From Clostridiales bacterium (GTDB taxonomy: Bacteria > Bacillota > Clostridia > Saccharofermentanales > DTU023): a stretch of DNA of 64,000 nucleotides. A program made the position numbers and the translations under genes. Under the pieces are notes generated by a model. The model searched no databases and was not told where the DNA came from. It saw nothing but the letters and a program-made list of their open reading frames with translations. This document shows positions 10,379 through 17,237 of this stretch, piece by piece. Position 1 is the stretch's first letter. Every line of letters starts with the position of its first letter. The stretch is from positions 72,712 through 136,711 of the forward strand of contig SFGY01000005.1 of NCBI GenBank assembly GCA_004556455.1, written 5' to 3'.

Positions 10379-10940
10379 GGATGGTTTCATCCTCGGCTTG
10401 AGCCTTAGCCTTATCAATGTCTATTCCTTCTTTGAAACGGTGTGGGTTCGCCTGCACTAGCGCATATAGTTTAAATTTGAAATACTCTGCTATGAACTTT
10501 GATATTTCTTCCATTTCCTTAAAAGTAATGAGGTATGCTCCATTAACTGGAATATACCCATCTTCAAAATAGACAGCGCAATCTATATTTTTCTCTCCAG
10601 TGTCATTTAATGAATACATGGGGGCGTAGTGCAAACGTTCGTCCATATAGACTAAATTCTCAAAAAACTCATTGTTTATGTCGTATTTGTAAAATTCTTT
10701 AATATCGTCCCCTGTTTTTAAATCTTCTGTCAACGAATCAAGCGGGACATCCAAAGCCTGGGAAATTTTTGTCAATGTCTCAATACTCGGGGCACGATAT
10801 CCGCGCTCGTAGTTAGACAGAGCAGAAGGCTGAATTCCTATCTTCTCGGCCAAACATTTTTGGGATATGCCCTTTTTTTCTCTAGCATATACGATGCTAA
10901 AACCAAGACTGTCATAAAAGTTATTTATTTTATTGGCCAT
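10359..10940 (-). CDS. XRE-family HTH repressor with unknown C-terminal domain (cI/Stl-like position)
   Basis: MANKINN... start with GGAG RBS; HTH KKGISQKCLAEKIGIQPSALSNYERG; same strand as int and divergent from the cro-like gene. Confidence 0.7.
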   Translation of the reverse strand: MANKINNFYDSLGFSIVYAREKKGISQKCLAEKIGIQPSALSNYERGYRAPSIETLTKISQALDVPLDSLTEDLKTGDDIKEFYKYDINNEFFENLVYMDERLHYAPMYSLNDTGEKNIDCAVYFEDGYIPVNGAYLITFKEMEEISKFIAEYFKFKLYALVQANPHRFKEGIDIDKAKAQAEDETIHDRLQE

Positions 10941-10962
10941 GTCGTCATCTCCTTCTACAAAC

Positions 10963-11052
10963 AAAATACACAATGCGTGATGTATTTTCAAGTAAAAGCT
11001 TGACACATCACGAATCATGAATTACTATCAGAGAAAATACACGAAACGTGAT
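10963..11052. promoter_or_regulatory. divergent promoter/operator switch region
   Basis: Plus strand: TTGACA (11000-11005), 17-nt spacer, TACTAT (11023-11028). Minus strand: TTGAAA (10986-10991), 17-nt spacer, TATTTT (10963-10968). The 8-bp inverted repeat CGTGATGT (10976-10983) / ACATCACG (11005-11012) places one copy in each spacer. A third half-site CGTGAT lies at 11047-11052. Confidence 0.6.
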
Positions 11053-11076
11053 CGAGAAGGAGGCGAAAATCACAGA

Positions 11077-11274
11077 ATGAAACTTAACACTCTTGAAATT
11101 GACTTAGCTAGAGCCAAATTAGGCGTAAGTCAGACCGAACTAGCCGAAGCTGCAGGAATTAGCAGGGTATGGTTGGGAATTTTGTTAAAGCGTGGCGAGG
11201 CTTCCGCTGACATAGTAGTTAAATTGGCCGCTGCACTAGGTGTTTCTCCTGGAGAAATAATTAACGAAGGCTAA
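11077..11274 (+). CDS. XRE-family HTH protein (Cro-like position)
   Basis: 65-aa product MKLNTLEIDLARAKLGVSQTELAEAAGIS... The start is uncertain; the track ORF starts at 11017 without an RBS. Confidence 0.6.
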   Translation: MKLNTLEIDLARAKLGVSQTELAEAAGISRVWLGILLKRGEASADIVVKLAAALGVSPGEIINEG

Positions 11275-11314
11275 CCATGGCCGAATTACTAGGTATGAAG
11301 GAGGAACCCTAACC

Positions 11315-11530
11315 ATGAAGCAATACCCTGCAACCGTTGACGAACTGAAGCGAATGAAAGAGCTTGAACGCGCCTATCACGTTCAAATTACTAAAGACGA
11401 ACATTTCAACTATTACGCAGTCATTAGCAAGCTATCCAGCGGAGACGCTTCAGTCACCTTGTTGGACGACTTAGACCAGGTTGAAGACTGGCTATATAAC
11501 GACTGGGTATTAAATGACGAGGATTTTTAA
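11315..11530 (+). CDS. hypothetical protein (71 aa)
   Basis: GGAGG RBS about 9 nt upstream; no recognisable motif. Confidence 0.5.
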   Translation: MKQYPATVDELKRMKELERAYHVQITKDEHFNYYAVISKLSSGDASVTLLDDLDQVEDWLYNDWVLNDEDF

Positions 11531-11532
11531 CC

Positions 11533-11730
11533 ATGGCTGAATTACTAGGTGTGAATGAAGTTGTAAATATCGTAGGAACCGGCCCTGATGCAGCCTATAA
11601 GATCATACGCGAGTTAAACTCAGAACTCAAAGAACGGGGCTTTCTCGTTGTTCGCGGGCGTATTGCTGAAAACTACCTTCGGGAGCGGCTGAACCTTGAA
11701 AGGGGCAAAGAATGCCTGACCGACAAATAA
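11533..11730 (+). CDS. small HTH DNA-binding protein, excisionase-like
   Basis: 65 aa, MAELLGVNEVVNIVGTGPDAAYKIIRELN...; size and position (between switch and replication gene) fit Xis/HTH_17-type proteins. Confidence 0.5.
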   Translation: MAELLGVNEVVNIVGTGPDAAYKIIRELNSELKERGFLVVRGRIAENYLRERLNLERGKECLTDK

Positions 11731-13832
11731 CAATCAGCACAGCTAAAAGCGTTGAGACTAAGAAATGGAATGTCTCGACTATTACGGCTTCGCAATTTAT
11801 TAAAGAGCTTAACTGGTTTCGGGAAATTCACTACACCCCGGAAGACTTCGCGAAGCTAACAGCCGAACAGCGCAGGGATTTAAAGAACGGCTCTTGCTAC
11901 GTTTTCGGAGCCCTGGATGATACAGGAAAGCGGCAGAAAGGCCATATTCTAACCCGCGAGGGGCTGACCTATGACTTAGACAATATTAACCGCGAAACGC
12001 TTAATGAGGTGCTTTTCTGTCTCAGTGAGAGCGGTTATAACTACGCTGTTCATAGCACCGCAAGCTATGACGGAAAGAACGCAAAAGTTCGCGTGATTAT
12101 TCCTTTCTCACGAGCGATCAGCCCGGAGGAATACAAGGCGAAAGCGAAAGCAGCAGCGCCCTTGTTTGCTATTCCTGTTGATGATGATGTGAGTTCTTTT
12201 GAGGATACGCGCGCTCTATATCGCCCAACTAACCTGAAAGGCGTAGAACCTCTGTATTACGCCCGGACAGATGGCGAGTTCTTAGACCCTGACACGCTGG
12301 AAGCGCCGGAAATGCCCCTAGAACGCGTCACACCTGCTGAGCCTCAAGTTATGCCAAAGAACGAGGAGCGGGCGCAGATTGACGACCTGACGGCCATGGA
12401 GGCGGTACGCAAACAGGTTCACTATGACTGGAAGAACTTGCAGGACAGAGAAAACTATTTAGCGGCGCTTATGGTGATAGTCTCTGCCGTTCAGCACGGA
12501 GAGATCACGAGAGAAGCGGGCGAGGCTTGCGCGGTGCTACTGGCGGGAGATCGTAAGGACTGGAAAGAACCGAATCGTAAACAATTCTTTAAAGAACTTG
12601 AGAACACAACGACAAGAACACAATACACGTTTTGGCAGAAGTTCGGAGGGGGAAGGCAAAGCCCGGATGGGGATTCATCAGAGGCTAACAAAACCGACTT
12701 GGTCTGCCTGGCCGATATAGAGCCGAAAGACGTTTTTTGGCTATGGAAAGGATACATTCCCCGCGGCATGCTATTCGGAATCCAGGGCGACCCTGGCAGT
12801 GGCAAAACATACAGCACACTTTCGATATGCGCAGGAATAACCCGCGGGGAGCTGCCTCCTGACTTGTTTGGCCCTGTAAAGATACCCCCTGAAAACATTC
12901 TCTACGTAAACGGCGAAGATTCACTAGAACATACCATAGTGCCCCGACTTATCAAATTGAGGGCAGATATGACCCGCTGCTTTACCTTAGACGAAAGAGA
13001 AAAGGCGCTAGACTTTTCACAGTTAGATCGAATAAAACGAGCTGTAGAAAAAGCGCGCCCCGCCCTTGTCATTTTTGACCCCATTCAAGCGTTTCTTGGC
13101 GCGTCTGTTGATATGCACAAGGCAAACGAGGTCAGACCGGTTATGGCTGCCCTCTCTCGCCTTGCTGATGAATTCAGCTTCGCTTGCGGGCTTGTTGGTC
13201 ATATGAATAAATACGGGGGCGGTAAGGCCATTTATAGAGGGCTTGGCTCGATTGATCAGCTGGCAAATTATCGTACTGCCTTTTTAATCGGTAATGACCG
13301 CAGAGCTTCAGATCAGAAACTTATGATTCAGATTAAAAACAATCTCGATCGTCCAGCGCCCCCTCAGATATTCCGCATTGAAAACGACAAAACTATTTCA
13401 TGGCTTGGCCCCGACCCTGAAGCCAAAGAGGCCGACATATTGCAAGAAGCAGCCGAAAAAGAAGGCACGGCACTTAATAAGGCAATTACCTGGCTAAGAG
13501 GCTTATTAGAAGAAAAACCCGTTTGGTCTAACGAACTTGACGAGGAGGCCGGAAAAAACGAGATCAGCAGAAAAACATATGAAAGAGCGCGTGCTACCTT
13601 GCGCGGAAGTTGGGAAATTGACACATACAGAGCGCCAGTGATTAATCGCTGGTACTGGGCTAAAAGAGGGAAAAAAGTCCATTTCGGAACTGAAGATGAA
13701 GGAAAATGCTCAATCGAATATGAAGATGATGAAGCCGTCAAAGTTGGCGAACTTGGCGAACATTGGCGAACTTGGCGAACTTTGGCGAACTTTGGCGAAG
13801 TTGGCGAAGTTGGCGAACTTGGCGAACATTGA
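11712..13832 (+). CDS. fused AEP-type primase-polymerase / AAA_25 (RepA/DnaB-like) helicase replication protein
   Basis: N-terminal LTYDLD (DxD) and AVHST motifs typical of archaeo-eukaryotic primases. Central Walker A GDPGSGKT, Walker B LVIFDP and GHMNK. The last ~30 aa are encoded by the iteron array. Confidence 0.75.
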   Translation: MPDRQITISTAKSVETKKWNVSTITASQFIKELNWFREIHYTPEDFAKLTAEQRRDLKNGSCYVFGALDDTGKRQKGHILTREGLTYDLDNINRETLNEVLFCLSESGYNYAVHSTASYDGKNAKVRVIIPFSRAISPEEYKAKAKAAAPLFAIPVDDDVSSFEDTRALYRPTNLKGVEPLYYARTDGEFLDPDTLEAPEMPLERVTPAEPQVMPKNEERAQIDDLTAMEAVRKQVHYDWKNLQDRENYLAALMVIVSAVQHGEITREAGEACAVLLAGDRKDWKEPNRKQFFKELENTTTRTQYTFWQKFGGGRQSPDGDSSEANKTDLVCLADIEPKDVFWLWKGYIPRGMLFGIQGDPGSGKTYSTLSICAGITRGELPPDLFGPVKIPPENILYVNGEDSLEHTIVPRLIKLRADMTRCFTLDEREKALDFSQLDRIKRAVEKARPALVIFDPIQAFLGASVDMHKANEVRPVMAALSRLADEFSFACGLVGHMNKYGGGKAIYRGLGSIDQLANYRTAFLIGNDRRASDQKLMIQIKNNLDRPAPPQIFRIENDKTISWLGPDPEAKEADILQEAAEKEGTALNKAITWLRGLLEEKPVWSNELDEEAGKNEISRKTYERARATLRGSWEIDTYRAPVINRWYWAKRGKKVHFGTEDEGKCSIEYEDDEAVKVGELGEHWRTWRTLANFGEVGEVGELGEH

Positions 13833-13891
13833 CGAACTTGGCGAACTTTGGCGAACTTTGGCGAAGTTGGCGAAGTTGGCGAACTTGACGA
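13744..13891 (+). repeat. iteron array (putative island replication origin)
   Basis: 16 direct copies of TTGGCGAA (14 exact, 2 TTGACGA) spaced 9-10 bp apart, with a 66-bp higher-order period. Confidence 0.8.
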
Positions 13892-14035
13892 GCCCTAGCA
13901 CACATGGCGGGGTAGGTAGTAGTAGGCAAGACAGTTTACCCGGCACACCCTAAAAAAAGCGCAAAAGGTGAAATGTAGTTCACATAATAATAAAAAATGT
14001 GCAATTAGCTTCAGGGTACTACTACCCCGTCAATG

Positions 14036-14052
14036 TTCGCCAAGCTGGCGAA
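14036..14052. repeat. inverted iteron pair TTCGCCAA-g-CTGGCGAA
   Basis: Imperfect palindrome built from the iteron word, located beyond an A+T-rich stretch (about 13955-14010). Confidence 0.6.
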
Positions 14053-14277
14053 GTTCCCCTGAACTGGTCACGCAATAAACCGGAAGTAGATAATAGTTGC
14101 TCAAGCGCGCCCGGTGCTGATTGCAAAGGAGGTTTCACGAAAGCATTTAAGAGTATCAAAACCAAAAACGCGAAGCAGAAATAACCGTCCCTACCCTGAG
14201 AAAGCACACAGGACAAACAAGAAACACAAAACACAAAGGCACACAACATCAAAGAACATGAAGGAGGATTGAAAAAC

Positions 14278-14583
14278 GTGAAACATCAAAGCACAAAAAA
14301 AGGGGCTTGCCCTCTTACCACAGACCAGCAGCCCCACGACTTAAAAGCCGTTAATGACAGTATGAACCATGAAGGCGGGGAATTTCAACTGATACTAAGC
14401 TACAAAGATGGGATAGCTTATGCCTCAGACGGTTATGACACAACTGAGCTATTGCCCGGAACCTTTCAAATGATTGTTGACGCTGTAGCAATAGCTGGCA
14501 AGCTGAAACAGGAAGGCAACTTCAACAGCATAGAAGAATACCTGACCGAAATAAGGAAAAGGCGGGAGAAAGCAGAAGAATAA
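14278..14583 (+). CDS. hypothetical protein (101 aa)
   Basis: GTG start about 10 nt after AAGGAGGA; followed by a terminator-like hairpin; no recognisable motif. Confidence 0.5.
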   Translation: MKHQSTKKGACPLTTDQQPHDLKAVNDSMNHEGGEFQLILSYKDGIAYASDGYDTTELLPGTFQMIVDAVAIAGKLKQEGNFNSIEEYLTEIRKRREKAEE

Positions 14584-14659
14584 ACACTTGACCGCCCTGA
14601 AAGCTATTGCCAGGGCCCGCCAGGTGTAAAGAGGTACAACAGAACAAAAGCCGGAGCAA

Positions 14660-14687
14660 GGGGTCTGCATATCGCAGCCCCCTTTTT
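14660..14687 (+). terminator. Rho-independent terminator
   Basis: Stem ggggtctgc/gcagcccc (one bulge), 5-nt loop, then cTTTTT. Confidence 0.7.
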
Positions 14688-15318
14688 AATGGCAGAAGGC
14701 TATCACAAGAAACCCCGCAAAAATTTCCTCACGCGCGCGCGAGATATTGCCGCTGTCGCTAACCCCTATCCGACAGCCACCCCCTAAAGATTTTTGCATT
14801 TTTTTACCCCCCTGCCCTTAGCCGTATCACTTAAAGCCAGGTTAAAGCCGTGTATTCTGTGTGTTTCTCTTTCCTCACGAAAACCCCGCGCTCCTCACGG
14901 CCAACGGGAAAACATGAACCACGTTTCCCGCATGATTGTTTCATCGCTCAGATGATTAGCAAGAGGGCAAAACTAGAGAATGGCAACGGCTAATAGCCAG
15001 TAAACAAGGAGCTAGTAATCACACTCAAGGCCGCTTGAAGCTAGCGATTTCTACCCCCTCTTACCCTCAGAAAGAAAAGATTTTCGCATAAGAAACCGCT
15101 AATAATAGTTGGAAATATTTCACTTTTAGCAGCTTTTTGCTGAGAGAAGAACACGATTAAAGCACGATCAGGAACAACAAACAAGAGCGGGCACCCTTTC
15201 ATGTGTTTTTATGTGCAGTGACGGCGAAAGGCGCGCCCATGCTGGTAGGGAGGAGGTAGCCCACGCCTTTAGTAAAGGCAAAGCAAGGGCTGAAGCTGTC
15301 AAAATTTCTTTGACAAGT

Positions 15319-15345
15319 GCCGGTTACTGAAAACGGCTTTTTTTA
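15319..15345 (+). terminator. terminator-like hairpin inside the ORF-free tract
   Basis: Stem gccggtt/aacggc (one bulge), 6-nt loop, T8 run. Confidence 0.6.
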
Positions 15346-15538
15346 TGGCGAAGGTCGACCGCGGCCAGTCCCGACAAAATATATAATTTCCTCTCGCTCC
15401 TATAGAAACCCTCAGCACGCAAGCGATGAAAAGCTAAGCGCCCCGCTTTATATTGCTATTAGCCGCTTGTGGTGTTAGAATCTTTTTAAGAACATAAGAT
15501 ATCTTGAAGTATATGTATAATATTCAAATAAATATCTA

Positions 15539-15575
15539 ACTTCGACAAACTGGTATTTTGCGAAGTTCGTTTTTT
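15539..15575 (+). terminator. terminator-like hairpin inside the ORF-free tract
   Basis: 7-bp stem aacttcg/cgaagtt, 15-nt loop, followed by cgTTTTTT. Confidence 0.4.
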
Positions 15576-15759
15576 GCATAATATACAGGGCTTGAAATGC
15601 CCTATTATCAGGGCTTACAAAACTGCAAAAACTAAGACAAACTACAAACAAAAAACACGAAGTCTATAAAAAGCGTTAGAACGCATTTGAGAATGAATAA
15701 TATACATCGGGATATTTTATCAATCGTTAAAAGTGTTTCTATTGTGGAGGTACGGTGCT

Positions 15760-15996
15760 ATGATCAGTTATAAACCTTTAGCCCACACACTCATTGACAA
15801 GGGGATAAACAGGGCAGAGCTTGGGCGGCGGTGTGGCTTTTCCCCTTCTACGCTCGCGAGACTTGGCAAGGACAGAAGCGTAAACCTAACTGTTATTGAG
15901 CGGCTATGCTTAGAGCTTGGCTGCCAGGTGCAAGACGTTGTAGAAATACTTCCCGACCCGGAAGGGATAACAGAGCCGCCAGGTGCTGAGCTTTGA
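15760..15996 (+). CDS. XRE-family HTH protein (78 aa)
   Basis: MISYKPLAHTLIDKGINRAELGRRCGFSPSTLARLGKD...; GGAGG RBS before the ATG at 15760. Confidence 0.7.
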   Translation: MISYKPLAHTLIDKGINRAELGRRCGFSPSTLARLGKDRSVNLTVIERLCLELGCQVQDVVEILPDPEGITEPPGAEL

Positions 15997-16058
15997 TAGC
16001 TGGTCAAGGAAATATAGCGGCCAAGCGTTAAGCAATTTGTTCACAGGAGGCTGCAATC

Positions 16059-16586
16059 ATGGAAACCTCAGAAGCCGTTAGCTCTGAACCTGTACGCCAT
16101 ATCACAGACGAAGAATACAGGCGCATAGCTGAGGCTTGTTTTATTCCTCTAGCTGACGAACAAGCCAACGTCAACGACAAACGGGAAGCACTGGCGCGAC
16201 GGCGGCAGAAGATCAGCAGCGCGCAAAGCTCCTGTTACTTCGGAGGTGGGCACGCTGACCGACACAGCCCGCAGGATAAAGAAGCGGCTATAGCTGAGTT
16301 AGTCGACCTTGAGCGGGAATTTGATTTTTTTGAAACTCTAGTTATTTTTTGGGGGCTGGAATATGAAAACTGGCTTTTCAGCTTCATATCTTCCGGGCTT
16401 CTCTCTCGTGATGAGTACGCCTGCATTATTTCCCGCCATACAAGAGGGCTAAAAGGTGAAGCAGCATTAAAGGCCGCTGAAACGAGCTGGCCAACCTTCA
16501 AACGCAAACTAAAAAGCGGGCTTGTAAAGCTAGGAAAACACCTTCAAAAAACAGGCGAAAAACCGCCTGAAAAATTTTTTGCCTGA
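16059..16586 (+). CDS. hypothetical protein; C-terminus resembles a sigma-70 region-4 / phage late-activator-type HTH
   Basis: 175 aa; AGGAGG RBS; C-terminal LSRDEYACIISRHTRGLKGEAALKAAETSWPTFKRKLKSGLVKL looks like an r4 HTH. The assignment is tentative. Confidence 0.4.
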   Translation: METSEAVSSEPVRHITDEEYRRIAEACFIPLADEQANVNDKREALARRRQKISSAQSSCYFGGGHADRHSPQDKEAAIAELVDLEREFDFFETLVIFWGLEYENWLFSFISSGLLSRDEYACIISRHTRGLKGEAALKAAETSWPTFKRKLKSGLVKLGKHLQKTGEKPPEKFFA

Positions 16587-16588
16587 AA

Positions 16589-16607
16589 TTTGTTACCTTT
16601 TTGTTAC
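16589..16607. repeat. tandem arm-type repeat, right end of island
   Basis: tttgttacctttttgttac, identical to 9311-9329. Confidence 0.7.
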
Positions 16608-16641
16608 TCCAAAAATCAAAAATCCATGAAAATACGGCATT

Positions 16642-17142
16642 TCAAAGTCTAATGAATGGTTTAGCCAGAATCAGACCCAGGATGAGCCCCAGGGTGTTGA
16701 GCAGAATATCGTCGATATCCCAGACGCCGATGCCCGTCAGTAATTGTAAAAATTCGATCAGGAGGATACAAAAAAGACCGGAAAAGAAGAGCCTGAAATG
16801 ACCTTTATTTCTCAGGAGCAGACGACCCAGAAAACCATAGGGAAGAAAAATAAGGAGATTGCCGAGGAGATTCAAAAGCGCCAGGTGGAAATGTGGGCCA
16901 CCCGGTTCCAAGAGCTGCGAGAAGAGACGAATGCTGTGTAAAGGTTTCAGGTTAAAGGCTTCGCCCACCTGAGGGTCCAGAAGGGTCAGATAAGGTGACA
17001 GTTGCTGAGGCTGCATAAAGGGGAGCGTTTTAAAAAGTAAAAGTGAGAAAACGCAGCAAAGGTAGAGCAAAAAGCACAGCCAACCCACGATGCTCAGCCA
17101 GGTCAAAGAAGAATGTAAACGTTTATGGCTCATAAGCTGCAT
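16642..17142 (-). CDS. VanZ-like family membrane protein (3' end supplied by the island)
   Basis: Multi-TM 166-aa ORF with LGNLLIFLPYGFLG and WDIDDILLNTLG motifs typical of VanZ-like proteins. Confidence 0.8.
   Translation of the reverse strand: MQLMSHKRLHSSLTWLSIVGWLCFLLYLCCVFSLLLFKTLPFMQPQQLSPYLTLLDPQVGEAFNLKPLHSIRLFSQLLEPGGPHFHLALLNLLGNLLIFLPYGFLGRLLLRNKGHFRLFFSGLFCILLIEFLQLLTGIGVWDIDDILLNTLGLILGLILAKPFIRL
16652..16670. repeat. attR core (19-bp direct repeat)
   Basis: Exact copy of 9193-9211; encodes the LAKPFI codons of the VanZ-like ORF. Confidence 0.8.
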
Positions 17143-17237
17143 TATAGCATGAGCTTGTTTAGCTCTCCGGCCTTCTCTATAATTTAAATGATGAGCGTAG
17201 ATGTATCAACTCTAACGCTTAAGCTCGGAGGCAGACG

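Larger units (their letters stand above)
9193..16670. mobile_element. integrative island with satellite/PICI-like gene order (int, XRE repressor, XRE cro-like, xis-like, primase-helicase, iteron ori, cargo)
   Basis: Flanked by 19-bp direct repeats, with tandem arm-type repeats inside both ends. Integrase is at one end, a replication module with iterons is present, and no capsid, tail, terminase or lysis ORFs are recognisable. Confidence 0.75.

Noticed and set aside
13744-13891. Possible CRISPR array
   Set aside because: The repeat unit is only 8 nt with 1-2 nt between copies, so there are no spacers. There is no leader and no cas genes. The position directly 3' of a replication gene fits iterons.
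13696-13953. Three overlapping 63-85-aa ORFs on both strands (13696..13953 +, 13710..13946 -, 13738..13929 -) with repetitive LANLAN / FANFAK / VRQLRQ peptides
   Set aside because: They are translations of the 9-10-bp iteron array in other frames. They have no RBS, so they are artefacts of repeat DNA.
13999-14184. 61-aa ORF after the iterons
   Set aside because: It spans the inverted iteron pair and a CA-rich low-complexity stretch, has no RBS, and starts in the A+T-rich origin region.
15211-15339. 42-codon ORF (MCSDGERRAHAGREEVAHAF...) ending in the 15319-15345 terminator hairpin
   Set aside because: There is no Shine-Dalgarno sequence upstream and no recognisable peptide features. It is kept only as a note inside the ORF-free-tract finding.
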